A stretch of 63,070 nucleotides of DNA, counting the filler, from Welwitschia mirabilis (taxonomy: Eukaryota): the NCBI GenBank assembly GCA_051453625.1. It is 6 parts of one record of this genome, joined end to end, with 100 filler letters (N's around TTAATTAATTAA, not from the genome) between each part and the next. Parts side by side here need not be neighbours in the genome. Positions count along the whole stretch, not along the records: positions 45,817 to 49,846 come from JBOZIK010000001.1; positions 49,947 to 60,617 come from JBOZIK010000001.1; positions 60,718 to 63,070 come from JBOZIK010000001.1; 3 more parts are not named here. One strand, 5' to 3'. Positions 49,355 to 63,070 of the stretch are shown here, piece after piece. Below the pieces are notes generated by a model. It searched no databases. It saw nothing but the letters and a program-made list of their open reading frames with translations, and was not told the origin of the DNA. Each line of letters begins with the position of its first letter. Within the stretch, counting starts at the first letter, position 1. The position numbers were made by a program, and so were the translations under genes.

Positions 49355-52173
49355 TGTTGTGCTGCCAATTTGTGGTTATTTAATGGGGTTTTATGAGTTG
49401 TTCTGTAGGACTCTTATACAAGTTTAAATGTAATTCTGAGGATTTTGGAGATTCAATAGGAAATCTCGAAAATGTGCAATTTTCACCCAGCTTTAATGTG
49501 TTAAAGGCACATTCTGATGCACAAAGATTTAGAAAAGGATTATTGACAAAAATGCTAAGTTTCTCCTTAAGAAAATACTCAAAGAAGACCATTGTCCCCT
49601 CTGTCATCCCCATGATAGATAGGATGATAACTGCTAATGTGGACTACTTAATCACTATTTAGTCATCATTCTGAGTCATCTTTTATGATGTGCTGTCAGT
49701 CCCATTGTCATTTGAATGACAGTCCAGAGGACACTGACATGCAACTGATTCTAATAGTGACTTTTGACTATTTCATTTGTTTCATTTATGAGCGTGCCTA
49801 GCTGCATCTATTGTTTGTCTTTTTCTGCTATGAGTTATTTTAAATANNNNNNNNNNNNNNNNNNNNNNNNNNNNNNNNNNNNNNNNNNNNTTAATTAATT
49901 AANNNNNNNNNNNNNNNNNNNNNNNNNNNNNNNNNNNNNNNNNNNNTCTTGAGATTAAAATAGATCCTTAACTTTCCCTTCTTTTTTATTTTCAATAAAA
50001 GTATGAATTATATTAAGGAATTGAATAAAATTTATTTTCCTTGCTATTTTATTTTCTGTTTTCTGTTTTGGTAGTCTCTGATTTCATTTTTCATTTTTAG
50101 TTTTTATTTCTGTTTGTAGTTTCTATCTTCTGTTTCTGCATTAATTCAAATCTTTCATAGATAAAAATTTTCAAAATTTTCGTACACATTATGCATTACC
50201 TCTGATGTGCTTTATGAGCCTGTTTTATAATTTCTAGAGTTAACTTTTGAANNNNNNNNNNNNNNNNNNNNNNNNNNNNNNNNNNNNNNNNNNNNNNNNN
50301 NNNNNNNNNNNNNNNNNNNNNNNNNNNNNNNNNNNNNNNNNTGTTCTTTAAGACTTTTATATAGGTTTAAGTGAAATTCTGAGGATTTTGGAGATTCAAT
50401 AGGAAATCTCAGAAATGTGTAAGTCTTACCTAGATTTGATGTGTTAAAGGCACATTTTGATGCATAAATCTTTAAAGAAGGATTATTAACAAAAATGCGA
50501 AGTTTCTTCTTAAGAAAATACTCAAAGAAGACTGTCATCCCCTCCATCATCCCCACGATAGTAGGATAATGACTGTTGATGTGGATGACTTAATCACTGC
50601 TGAGTCATCATTTTGAGTCATCTTTTATAATGTGCTATCATGGCCATTATCATATGGATGACAGTATAGATGACACTAACATGTACTCGACTCTGANNNN
50701 NNNNNNNNNNNNNNNNNNNNNNNNNNNNNNNNNNNNNNNNNNNNNNNNNNNNNNNNNNNNNNNNNNNNNNNNNNNNNNNNNNNNNNNNNNNNNNNNCTCC
50801 CATCTATTTTCTTTGCTTTATTTTTCCAATATAAGATGTATTGCTTTTTCTTGGGGGGAGGGGACAAAGACCCATATTCATGGCTCATTTTCAAAAAATT
50901 TTAAACCTAATTTAGATTTTTTATGAGATAAAATTTTTAAAATTTTCACACATTATGAATTACTTGTTATTTATCCATGTGATGTGTTTTATAAGCCTAT
51001 TTATAATTTCATATTTATCTTTTGAAAAAATAAATTGATTTGCAATTATGGTTTTTTACCTTGTTTTTGTCAGGGACTGATAAAGGCTAAGTGGAGGGCT
51101 ATGTTGTGCTACCAATTTGTGGTTATTTGATAAGATTTTATAAGTTATTTTGCAAGACTTTTACACAAGTTGAAGTGCAATTCTGAGGATTTTAGAGATT
51201 TAATAGGCCATATCATAAATGTGCAATGCTTACTTAAATTTAATGTATTAAAGGCACATTCTGATGCATAGATATCTCGAGAAGTATTATTAACAAAAAT
51301 GCTAGGTTTGTCATCAAGAAAATGATCAAATAAAACCATTGTCTCCTCTGTAGTCCCCACGGCAAGTAGGACAATGACACATTTGCATGCTAACATGGAT
51401 TGTTGAGCCATCATTCTAGTCATCTTTTATAAAGAGCCATCATCCCCATTATCCTCCGGACAATAGTTTGAATGACACTGACATGTAACTAACTCTAAAA
51501 ACGATCTTTAACCATTTCATCTATTTTATTTATGTAAATGGGTGCACCTAGCTGCACCTATTGTTTGTCTTTTTCTGTTGTGAGTTGTTATAAATAACTC
51601 CCCCTTTGACTCTCCTTCTCATTTTTGTTACACCAAAAATTCTCGTGATAAGAGATTGAAGGATGGGAGATCCATCTTGAGTGTTGCAGAAAGACATGCA
51701 CTTGGAAAAGTGCTGTGTATCTTCCATTAAGACCTGACTATTTTGTAACCAAGATGCTTATTATTCTTTCTTAATATAAACCTTGTTTTGTTTTCATATT
51801 TGCATTGTACATTTTTTGATAACCCTTATAGTCTATGTTTCCCTTGATCTCGTGACAATTTCTTGGATGATATAGATTATCAAGGGCCACCTTTGTTAAG
51901 GCTGAAAGTAAGTAGTGTTAGTTCATTTTGCATTCATCTAGATTAGCTACACTTTGGATTTGCATTTCATTCCTTTATTTCCCTGCATTATCATTTATTT
52001 TTGGTTTTTATACATTTTGCAAAGAAACTTAAGTCTCATCTCACAGCCTTCAACATGAATACGACATTTCTTCCTCTCATACTAGTATGATGTATTATGT
52101 AAGATATCTATTTATTTTATGAATGACAGAATCTTTCCGAACTTAAGCACTTGTACAAATACAAACCATAACA
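49355..52173 (+). mobile_element. LTR retroelement (gypsy/Athila-like LTRs) with 5-bp TSD; internal region mostly missing at the spacer
   Basis: The 5' LTR starts TGTTGTG at 49355. A PPT ends at 51101, then a full 3' LTR runs 51102-52173 ending CATAACA (CACAACA in the duplicate at 52733). AAAAG lies on both flanks (49350-54, 52174-78). An extra partial LTR copy is at ~50342-50696. Confidence 0.8.
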
Positions 52174-55100
52174 AAAAGGTAAAAATTGAAAAGAAAAGGA
52201 TTGGAATTGAATATTTTCTTCTGATTTACTTTCTTTAGTAATTGTACTTGAGATTTGATACCAACTCTTGAATTTTTAGGTGCTTCCTTAGTTGATACCT
52301 TATTTTTAGAATAATTTAATCAATCAAATAAAATTAAAATTTATAAAAATTTTAATAAAAGAGTGTTACAATCTAGTCTTTCGATTGGACTNNNNNNNNN
52401 NNNNNNNNNNNNNNNNNNNNNNNNNNNNNNNNNNNNNNNNNNNNNNNNNNNNNNNNNNNNNNNNNNNNNNNNNNNNNNNNNNNNNNNNNNNATTCATCTA
52501 GATTAGTTACACTTTGGATTTGCATTTCCTTCCTTTATTTCCCTGCATTATTATTTATTTCTAGTTTCTATACATTTTGCAAAGAAACTTAAGTCTCATC
52601 TCATAGCCTTCAACATGAATACGACATTTCTCCCCCTCATACTAGTATGATGTATTGTGTAAGATATCTATTTATTTTATGAATGATAGAAGCTTTGCAA
52701 ACTTAAGCACTTGCACAAATACACACCACAACAAAAAGGTAAAAATTGAAAAGAAAAAGATTGGAATTGAATATTTTCTTCTGATACACTTTCTTTAGTA
52801 ATTGCACTTGAGATTTGATACCAACTCTCGAATGTTTAGGTGCTTCCTTAGTTGATACCTTATTTGTAGGATAATTTGATCAATTAAATAAAATTAAAAT
52901 TTATAAAAATTTTAATAAAAGAGTGTTACAATCTAGTATTTGGGTTGGACTTAAAAGGAACTAATTTTTCTTTTTATAAATTTACATTATAATTACATGA
53001 TTAATTATTAAAACAAATTAATTAGGTTTTAACTGAAAGACTTACCTTTCAGTTTCTCACAGGCTATACCTTATGAGAACTATATGATAAGAGCTCACCT
53101 AAGAAACACCAAATCCAATATTAATATTATTTAAAAATATTGAGTAGAAATAAACAAAATAAGTGTGTAAGTTATAGTCAAGTGATTAATTATACTAATA
53201 GCTAAGCAACCATTCCCACATATCCTCATCTAAAGAAGTTCAAACCACATATAGTTGTGTATTAGACCTTGTTTCTATCTCTACTAATACACATAAGCCT
53301 AAGATATATTAAGGTGCTCCATATCGGTTGACATGTCAACAAAAATATGCATGAAATAATGGAAGGATAGTGGAATAGCTTAATGTTTGGCTTAGTAAGA
53401 GTATGTTTTTAAACTGAATCAAACAACATCAAGTAATATCATATACATATAAACATAAATATGCATAATAGCTATATGTAAAAGTATAGGAGGTAACTGA
53501 TCTAGAACTCTAAAGGTCATAACATTCATTTCTAATAAGGATGTATTAACATAAATCATACATGAATACCTGAATATATGCATAGTGAATCTCTAAACTG
53601 ATCACTTAGCCATAATCATTCATTGTTAATCTCATTTACCAAGCTCAAGAGACCCCTTATATCTCCCAGTGTCTTGGTGCGAGCCAATGGAAGGGAAGTA
53701 TTAGAATAGAGTGTTATTATAGTAACCTCATGTAGAAATATGATTAACACACTAATGAAGCTAAATTTTATGTAATAATTTGCTTATTAATGAAGCATTT
53801 TTATTATTTCAATTAAGTATTTTCTTAGTAAATAGATGTTTTTATCTATCTTTATGCTTGCTAATAAATAGGTTAGTGATTAGTATGTTAGTAGGTTAGT
53901 ATATATATTTCATTAGTATATTTTAGGTGTAGGANNNNNNNNNNNNNNNNNNNNNNNNNNNNNNNNNNNNNNNNNNNNNNNNNNNNNNNNNNNNNNNNNN
54001 NNNNNNNNNNNNNNNNNNNNNNNNNNNNNNNNNNGTCAAGAAAAATATGCATGAAATAATGTAAGGATATTGGAATAACTTAATGTTTGGCTTAGTAAGA
54101 GTATGTTTTCAAACTGAATCAAACAACATCAAGTAATATCATATACGTATAAACATAAATATGTATAATAGCTATATGTAAAAGTATAGGAGGTAACTAA
54201 TCTAGAACTCTCAAGGTCATAACATTCATTTCTACTAAGGATGTATTAACATAAATCATAAATGAATACCTGAATATATGCATAGTGAATCTCTGAACTA
54301 GTCACTTAGCCATAATCATTCATTATTAATCTCATTTACCAAGCTCAAGAGACTCCTTACATCTCCCAATGTCTTGGTGCAAGCCAATGGGAGGGAAGTA
54401 TTAGAATAGAGTGTTATTATAGTAACCTCATGTATAAATATGATTAACACATTAATGAAGCTAAATTTTATGTAATACTTTGCTTATTAATGAAGAGTTT
54501 TTATTATTTCAATTAAGAATTTCCTTATCAAATAGATGTTTTTATCAATCTATATTCTTACTAATAAATAGATTAGTGATTAGTATGTTAGTAGGTTAGT
54601 ATATATAATTCATTAGTATATTTTAAATGTAGGATGCCAAAAGGCATGAATGTGAGAGAGAAGATTGAGCAATAAATCAGCATAACAACCTCAACCATTT
54701 GCCTGTTTCTAAGGAGCAAAGAATGGAAACTGAAAAACTAACTAGGGTATAATAATGTGGTTACCACCAAAGGTGGGAATTGTTTTGGAGCATATGTTTT
54801 AGCAATAGATAAGGAAAATAGATCAAGTAAGGAAACTCTATCTCACCTACAAAGGTGTCAGTAGCAGATTCCCACATTTCATAGTATTACTTGAAAAGAA
54901 GAACACACTTATTAGCTTATCTTNNNNNNNNNNNNNNNNNNNNNNNNNNNNNNNNNNNNNNNNNNNNNNNNNNNNNNNNNNNNNNNNNNNNNNNNNNNNN
55001 NNNNNNNNNNNNNNNNNNNNNNNTAAGGAGCAAAGAATGGAAACTAAAAAATTAACTAGGGTATAATAATGTGGTTACCACCAAAGGTGGTAATTGTTTT

Positions 55101-56329
55101 GGAGCATACGTTATAGCAATAGATAAGGAAAATAGGTCAAGTAAGGAAACTCTAGCTCACCTACAAAGGTGTTAGTAGCACTTTCCCATATTTCATAGTA
55201 TTACTTGAAAAGGAGAACACACTTATTAGCTCATCTTTATGTACAATTGGTATCTTAATAAAAAAACTGAAAAGCATTTGNNNNNNNNNNNNNNNNNNNN
55301 NNNNNNNNNNNNNNNNNNNNNNNNNNNNNNNNNNNNNNNNNNNNNNNNNNNNNNNNNNNNNNNNNNNNNNNNNNNNNNNNNNNNNNNNNNNNNNNNNNNN
55401 NNNNNNNNNNNNNNNNNNNNNNNNNNNNNNNNNNNNNNNNNNNNNNNNNNNNNNNNNNNNNNNNNNNNNNNNNNNNNNNNNNNNNNNNNNNNNNNNNNNN
55501 NNNNNNNNNNNNNNNNNNNNNNNNNNNNNNNNNNNNNNNNNNNNNNNNNNNNNNNNNNNNNNNNNNNNNNNNNNNNAAGCCTTTATGTATTTTTTATTTT
55601 AATGATGTGTGCTTATTTCATGTTAATAGTAGCATAAATTCTATACCTTTCTAGCATTGTTTAGAGTTTATAATAATATTTTATAATACTTTTTTCATTT
55701 ATTTTATAACATAAGCTACCAATCATTTTTAAGTTAGAAGGTGGATAGCTCTAAATCACAGTAGCGATGATGACACAAAGTACCATGCAAGAAGTAGTCA
55801 AGGAAGATGGTAAGATGAAAGAGGTAGATACATTAGAAACCCAAAGAAATATGGTTTAAATGAATAGAATAAAGATATTATTAAATAAAAAATAGAAGAC
55901 AAAGATTTTATGAAAGATGATGTAATTTTAAAAATCATGGTAAGAGACTAAATCTTTCCTAAATTAATGGGCAAATTTCAGCANNNNNNNNNNNNNNNNN
56001 NNNNNNNNNNNNNNNNNNNNNNNNNNNNNNNNNNNNNNNNNNNNNNNNNNNNNNNNNNNNNNNNNNNNNNNNNNNNNNNNNNNTAGAAACCCAAATAAAT
56101 ATGGTTTAAATGAATAGAATAAAGATATTGTTAAATAAAAAATAGAAGATAAAGACTTTATGAAAGATGATGTAATTTTAAAAAGCATGGTAAGAGACTA
56201 AATCTTTCCTAAATTAATAGGTGAATTTAAGCAATGAATGCATAGCATTCTAGCATCACCCACATCACTAGGAGAATATTCTTAAAACATTCAAGCCAAA
56301 AAGCCTAAAAAGTAGGTAATAACAAGATG

Positions 56330-59300
56330 TTATTAGGAACATGATAGAGATTTAAGATCTTTAAATCATGATATCCACTTGATAAATGATTTGAATCCTA
56401 TTAACTCTATGAATTTATAGTAGTCAGAGAAAATAAGAAATATAAATACTACCACAATACCCACTTTCGAAGAAAATAAGTCAAAAGAACCTCTATTACA
56501 CCTAAGCTTATTTGATGCTTTAATTATCTTGACATAGAACCTAATTATCTCAAATATTTTCCTTTTTCTTTAAAAGGGGATGCTCAATTATGGCATCATA
56601 AGAACTTTAACCATGAGTTTAGTTCATAGAAAACCCATAAAAATGCTTTCCTAGCCAAATTTCAACCCATGAGAATGGTTGAAGATTTAAGAAAATAAAT
56701 ATTGAATATTTAACAAAGAGATAATGAAATGTTTNNNNNNNNNNNNNNNNNNNNNNNNNNNNNNNNNNNNNNNNNNNNNNNNNNNNNNNNNNNNNNNNNN
56801 NNNNNNNNNNNNNNNNNNNNNNNNNNNNNNNNNNTCATAGAAAACCCATAAAAATGCTTTCCTAGACAAATTTCAACCCATGAGAATGGTTTAAGATTTA
56901 AGAAAATAAATATTGAATATTTAACAAAGAGATAATGAAATGTTTGATGAGTTCATGAATCTATAGAACATATTACTAGCCAAATATCCTAATCATGGAA
57001 TCACAGCTATGGAATGGGTTAGAGCTTTACTTAGAGGACTATAGACTTAGACCTTAAAGGAATTTAATTTGTTACGTAGAGTAAGCATTAAAAATAAGAA
57101 TGTTCAAAAAGTGGGAGAAGCCATTACAGAATTGTACAATAAGAAAAAAGAAGAAAAATAAATGAACTATGAACCTCAGAACTAGACTGTAGTGTATATA
57201 TCTCAAAACATATCAATCTTATGGAAGAAATAGCTAAAAACGTAACTCGTAGTATGGTAGAAAAGTTTGGTAGGTTAGTTGTACAACATTTTAAAGAGGA
57301 AGAAGGACCTACATGTGAATAATGTGGAGAAGAAAACAATGATGAGATAGAATTCCCTTGGATGTAAGAATTTGTTTAGTGATTAGATATAAATAAATTG
57401 GATTTTAATTCTAATAATTAACATCAAACTAAAAAGAAACCGTATTGTTATCAAAGTAGAAAATGGAAAAGAAAAGTGAAAAATACTTTATTAAGGTATG
57501 TAAACTAGAAGAGGTAGAAGCAATATGATTATTATAGAAATTGGAAAAATAGAAACCAAAAGACCAAAGAGAGAAATCAAAAGAAAAAAAACCCGTACTC
57601 AACCCCTACCAAATCATAGAGAGGCGATAAGTAAAGTAATAACTACTAGATATAAGAAATGAAAAGTGACGTATAAATTGTAGAAAGAGAATGAAAATTC
57701 AAATAACTTCCTAGGTAAAGAAGAGGCAGAGGCTGAAAGAAAAACTATGAATAATACTTCATTAGATTCTTTACCCTTTCTTATGAGAAGTAAACAAATA
57801 GAACATCCAAAAGTTGAAAAAGATAGAGAATACTTAACTAGGATATTAGAGGATATAAAGATAATAATACCTCTCTTAAAATTATTAAAAGATATACCTA
57901 TGTATTAGAAGCAAATGAAGAGCATGTTCTTAAAATAAAAAAGTAAGAAAAAGAATAAAAAAGAAAAATAAATTAAAATGATAAGAAAATATCAATTTCC
58001 TTAGGATTTTGCATAAGTTCTTCAAAATAAACAATATGAAAAGTATAGTGATACTAGAACACCTATGATTGATGTGAAAATAGAAAAGAAACTCAAAGTT
58101 AAAGAACCTATAGATCTTAGAGTAAGTATTAATGTGATGGCCTATGAAACTTATGAGGAATTAGAAAAACTGAAACTAATGCCTTATCAAGGAAATGTTT
58201 ACCTAGCAGATGGCTCAAAAGTTATTCATAAAAGGAGTTTTAAAGGATAAACCTATAGAACTCAAAAAATTTATTTATTTAATAGACTCACTGATCATGA
58301 AAGCTCAAGGAGATATCCACATAGTAATTCTTAGAAGATCATGGATGGCTATTGTAGATGCTACTATCTACTCTAGAAGAGAAATAATGAAAATCAGTCT
58401 TGGAGATCTTAAAAAAGAAATCAAACTTTTTGATGTAGTGGTTATTGAAGAAATGGTACAAAATACTAAAGTAAAAACCAATGCAATTCTAACACAAGAA
58501 GTTAATCCAATGTTAAATAAACAAAATGAGGATAACTATGAGGAAAAATATTTAGCAATCAAAGAAATAGAAAAACCTCCTTTAAGAAAGGATTAGAGTA
58601 TATTAAGATAGCTCCTAATATACCTTTCATTATAAATAGTTGTTTAACTCATTTTTATAAGAGAATACTTAAGAAAATATTAATCACAAGAATAGGATTC
58701 TTTACTTGGGATTGTGCAGATATTAAAGAAATAGATCTAAAAATCTACTAATATAAAATCTATTTAGATACTTCTATAAAATCAAGTTGGTAACTAGAAA
58801 GAAGATGTAATCCACATATGCAAAAGGTAATTAAATAAGAAATTTCCAAACTCCTAGAAGTGAGATTTATCTACTTCATATCTGATTTAGAATGGGTTAG
58901 CCCTATAACAGTAGTACCAAAGAAAGAAAATGAATGGAAAATATGTAGAATGCTAAATATAGTGATCTATAAATATCATTTTTCTCTTTTATTTATTAAT
59001 CAAGTTTTAGAAAGAGTATTTAAACATTAGTACTATAGCTTTGTAGATGAGTATAGTGGTTACAATCAAGTACCTATAGCCTTAGAGGACCAAGCTAAAA
59101 TAACTTTCACTTATTATTGGGGTACTTATGCTTATAAAGTACTTTCATTTGGACTATGTAATGCTCCTGCTACTTTCTAGAGATTAGTAAATAGTATTTT
59201 TCAAGACATGATAGAAAGATCAATTGAAGTGTTTATGGATGATTTTTTAACATTAGAAGAATATTTTAAAGAGTTACTTAAAAGATTAGAAAAAGTTTTG

Positions 59301-60617
59301 AAAAGATGGAAAGAAAAATGCCTTAGACTTAGCTNNNNNNNNNNNNNNNNNNNNNNNNNNNNNNNNNNNNNNNNNNNNNNAAACTAAATGAACAGAAAAT
59401 CAAAGCTATCAAATATATTTCACTCCCAACTAAACTAAAAAAGTTAAGATCTTATTTGAAACATTCTAAATATTATAGAAGATTCATATCCAACTTTAGT
59501 AAAATTACTAAACCTTTGAGTAATCTCCTATAAAAAGATGTGAAATATGATTGGACTAACAAGTGTCAGAATTCCTACCAAATTTTAAAAGATAAACTTT
59601 TATCAGCTCTTATTTTGTAGAGGCCAAATTGGATAAGACCATTTCACATTATGACTAATGTATCTAAGCATGCTATGGAAGAAGCTTTAGGACAAAATGA
59701 TGATGAGAACAAATCTTATGCCATTGTGTATATAAGTAAGAACTTCAAACCAACTTAACAAAATTATACAATAATAGAAAAGAAATTACTGGTAGTAGTA
59801 ATGACATTAGAGAAATTTAGACATTATATATTGGGTTATGAAATAAAAGTTCATACTGATCATAGTGTCATAAGGATTTTAATGAATAAAAAAGAAGAAA
59901 GCTTAATAATTATGAGATGAATATTATTAATACAAGATTTTGATTTAAAAATAATTAATAAAAAAGAAATAAAAAATGTAATATTAGATTACCTATCAAG
60001 ATTAGAGTTTCCAGATGAAGAGTAGACCAAGATTAGAGATGAATTTTTAGATGAGCATATTTTTCAGGTATCCACAAATCTGTGGTATGCTGATACTATT
60101 AACTTTCTTATAAGTAAAAGATTATCCTATTTTATGACTTATTACAAAATCTAGATATTATATTTGGCATGATAAAATTTTATTTAAAGAATGCAAAGAT
60201 TATGTCATTAGAAGATGCATAGATGAAAACTTATAAGAGGAAATTTTAAAAGAATCTCATGAAGAAGGAGGAGGAGGACATTATGATACAAAAATAAAGG
60301 AATGAAGATCCTATATCTAGGATATTATTGACTTACCATCTTCAAAGATGCAAATAAGTATATCCAAAGTTGTAATAAATGTTAGAGAAAAGGCATATTT
60401 AACTAAAAGTTAGAAATGCTACAACTTTGAATTCAAACAACTAAACCCTTTAATGTTTGGAGAATATATTTTATTGGACCTATTAATCCCTCATCCTTTG
60501 GGAAAAAGGACATTCTAGTCTATGTTAATTACTTCATTAAGTGGATTAAAGTTAAGGCTGTGACTAATTGTTCTTCCCAAACTATAGTAAACTTTTTCCT
60601 CAGAAATTTTATCTACT
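56330..60617 (+). mobile_element. Degenerate Athila-type Ty3/gypsy gag-pol
   Basis: gag LKYFPFSLKGDAQLW and AFLAKF, protease IDLRVSINVM, RT EWVSPITVVPKK, FGLCNAPATF and VFMDDF, RNase H FHIMTNVS and NYTIIEKKLL, integrase HEEGGGGH. Order PR-RT-RH-INT is gypsy. Confidence 0.9.
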
Positions 60618-60717
60618 NNNNNNNNNNNNNNNNNNNNNNNNNNNNNNNNNNNNNNNNNNNNTTAATTAATTAANNNNNNNNNNNNNNNNNNNNNNNNNNN
60701 NNNNNNNNNNNNNNNNN

Positions 60718-63020
60718 TCCTACAAATGTTAAATAGGTCCAATTTTTCCTTGGTTATTGTGGTTTTTACCATCAGTTCATTCGTGATTATGCTTCTATTT
60801 GTAAACCCCTTCAGTTGTTACTAGAGAAGGGTGCCAAATTTGAATGAAATGAATCTTATCAAATTGCTTTTAATAGGCTTAAACATATATTGTCTTATGC
60901 TCCTATAGTAACTAGACCCAATTGAGCATATGACTTTGAGCTTATGTATGATGCTAGCAATTTTGCTGTGGGTGGGATTCTTTGTTAAAAGTATGAGAAG
61001 GACTTCAAAGTTATATCTTACCATAGAAAGTCATTGTCTAGAGTTCAAATAAACTATACTACTACAGAAAAAGAAATGCTTACCANNNNNNNNNNNNNNN
61101 NNNNNNNNNNNNNNNNNNNNNNNNNNNNNNNNNNNNNNNNNNNNNNNNNNNNNNNNNNNNNNNNNNNNNNNNNNNNNNNNNNNNNAATTGCTTTTAATAG
61201 GCTTAAACATAGATTGTCTTATGCTCCTATAGTAACTAGACTCGATTGAGCATATGACTTTGAGCTTATGTATGATGCTAGCAATTTTGCTGTGGATGGG
61301 GTTCTTTGCCAAAATACGAGAAGGAATTTAAAGTTATATCTTACTATAGAAAGTCATTGTCTAGAGTTTAAATAAACTATACTACTACAGAAAAAGAAAT
61401 GCTTACCATTATCTTTTACCTTGATTCTCTTAGATACTATCTTTTAGGCTTTCACATAAATGTTTATATTGACTATGCTGTCATTTGTTACCTTNNNNNN
61501 NNNNNNNNNNNNNNNNNNNNNNNNNNNNNNNNNNNNNNNNNNNNNNNNNNNNNNNNNNNNNNNNNNNNNNNNNNNNNNNNNNNNNNNNNNNNNNNNNNNN
61601 NNNNNNNNNNNNNNNNNNNNNNNNNNNNNNNNNNNNNNNNNNNNNATGATTCCTTTCTTGATGAGCAGTTTTTTACTATTTATTCTTCTCATCCTCCTTC
61701 ATGGTATGTTGACATTGTTAACTATCTTATAGCTATAAAAACACCACAACATTGGACCTATCATCAGTGTAAATCTTTTCTCCATTGTATAGTAACTATG
61801 GGTAGATTGAGCCACATTTTTACTATAGGTGCAAAGACCAGACTATGAGAAAATGTGTGTCTGATTAGAAAATACCTGAGATTCTCCATCTTTGTCATAG
61901 TGATATTTGTGGAGGACAGTTTAGTGGACATAAAACTGCCATGNNNNNNNNNNNNNNNNNNNNNNNNNNNNNNNNNNNNNNNNNNNNNNNNNNNNNNNNN
62001 NNNNNNNNNNNNNNNNNNNNNNNNNNNNNNNNNNNNNNNNNNNTGTCACAGTGATATTTGTGGAGGACATTTTAGTGGACATAAAACTGTCATGAAAATC
62101 CATCATTCTAGTTTTTATTGGCCTTCTCTCTTTTAAGATTCATTTAATTTTGTTAGAAGGTGTAATCCTTGTCAAAGCTTTGGTGGCCTTGTTCATTCAT
62201 AGGAAATGCCTCTTAGATATATTCTTGAGTATGAGCCTTTTAATTATTGAGGTATTGATTTCATGAGCCCTATTCACCCACCTTCTTTCAATAAAAATTA
62301 CATTTTAGTGGTTATTGATTACATGACTAAATGGGTTGAAGCCATATCTACTTCTTTAAATGATGCCTGAACTATCTATCATTTTCTTAGATCTCATATA
62401 TTTTAGAGGTTTGGTTTCCCTAGAGTCATCATTACAACCAAGGTACTCATTTTATTAATTCACTTTTTAAAAAACCTCTTCTATTTATTGGAATTAAATA
62501 TAGAATAGCTTATTCTTGTCATCCTCAGATAAATGGATAAGCTAAAAATGCTAATAGAGAAATAAAGAAAATGCNNNNNNNNNNNNNNNNNNNNNNNNNN
62601 NNNNNNNNNNNNNNNNNNNNNNNNNNNNNNNNNNNNNNNNNNNNNNNNNNNNNNNNNNNNNNNNNNNNNNNNNNAGAGTTATTATTACAACCAAGGTACT
62701 TATTTCATTAATTCACTTTTTAAAAAACCTCTTTTGTTCATTGGAATTAAATATAGAATAGCTTATGCTTGTCATCCTCAGATGAATAGACAAGCTAAAA
62801 ATGCTAACAGAGAAATAAAGAAAATGCTTTAAAAACTTGTTTCTATTAATAAAAAGACTTGGACTTCTAAGATTAATGATGTACTTTAGGCCTACCGTAC
62901 TACTTGGCATACTTTACTTGATTTCTCATCTTATAAACTTGTTTATGATAAAGTTTGTATCTTATCGATTGATGTATGTTATAATTCTTATTATACATCT
63001 CATCAACTCAATCTCATGAA
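60718..63020 (+). mobile_element. Second Athila-type gypsy pol relic (RNase H-integrase)
   Basis: FELMYDASNFAVGG, NYTTTEKEML, CHSDICGGHFSGHKT..FYWPSLF, GIDFMSP, DYMTKWVEA, HPQMNRQAKNANREIKK. Confidence 0.92.
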
Positions 63021-63070
63021 CTTTGTTGAAAATCTTAAGTATAGGTTAGTATAATTAAATCATTTTAATA

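Noticed and set aside
49380..51423. Recurrent short ORFs (MGMTEG.., MGMMEG.., MTRMMA..) suggesting a small gene family
   Set aside because: They lie inside LTR copies, and their starts and stops are not conserved between copies.

Overview
This is AT-rich plant nuclear DNA from a gappy scaffold. Six pieces are joined by artificial 100-bp N44-TTAATTAATTAA-N44 spacers, and many other gaps are flanked by near-duplicate sequence. Most of the window is decayed transposable elements: three Sirevirus-type Ty1/copia copies, another copia, Athila-type Ty3/gypsy pol relics, a ~1.07-kb gypsy-type LTR family seen several times, and probable LINE, MULE and hAT relics. All are strongly eroded by C>T/G>A changes. 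The only convincing host gene piece is exon 1 of an Msp1/ATAD1-type AAA-ATPase (35896-36090, minus), in a CpG-retaining island, with a 4-copy ~1.45-kb tandem array just upstream. At ~26.2-30.5 kb lies a scrambled plastid-derived mosaic (trnR-CCG, rbcL 3' end, rrn16 3' end, rrn23 pieces in both orientations, matK 3' end) that suggests a gymnosperm, possibly gnetophyte, host. I found no clear-cut novel gene system. The best leads are the mosaic NUPT and its duplication history, the promoter-proximal tandem array, and the orphan exon or very long intron. All identifications are by eye, without database searches.
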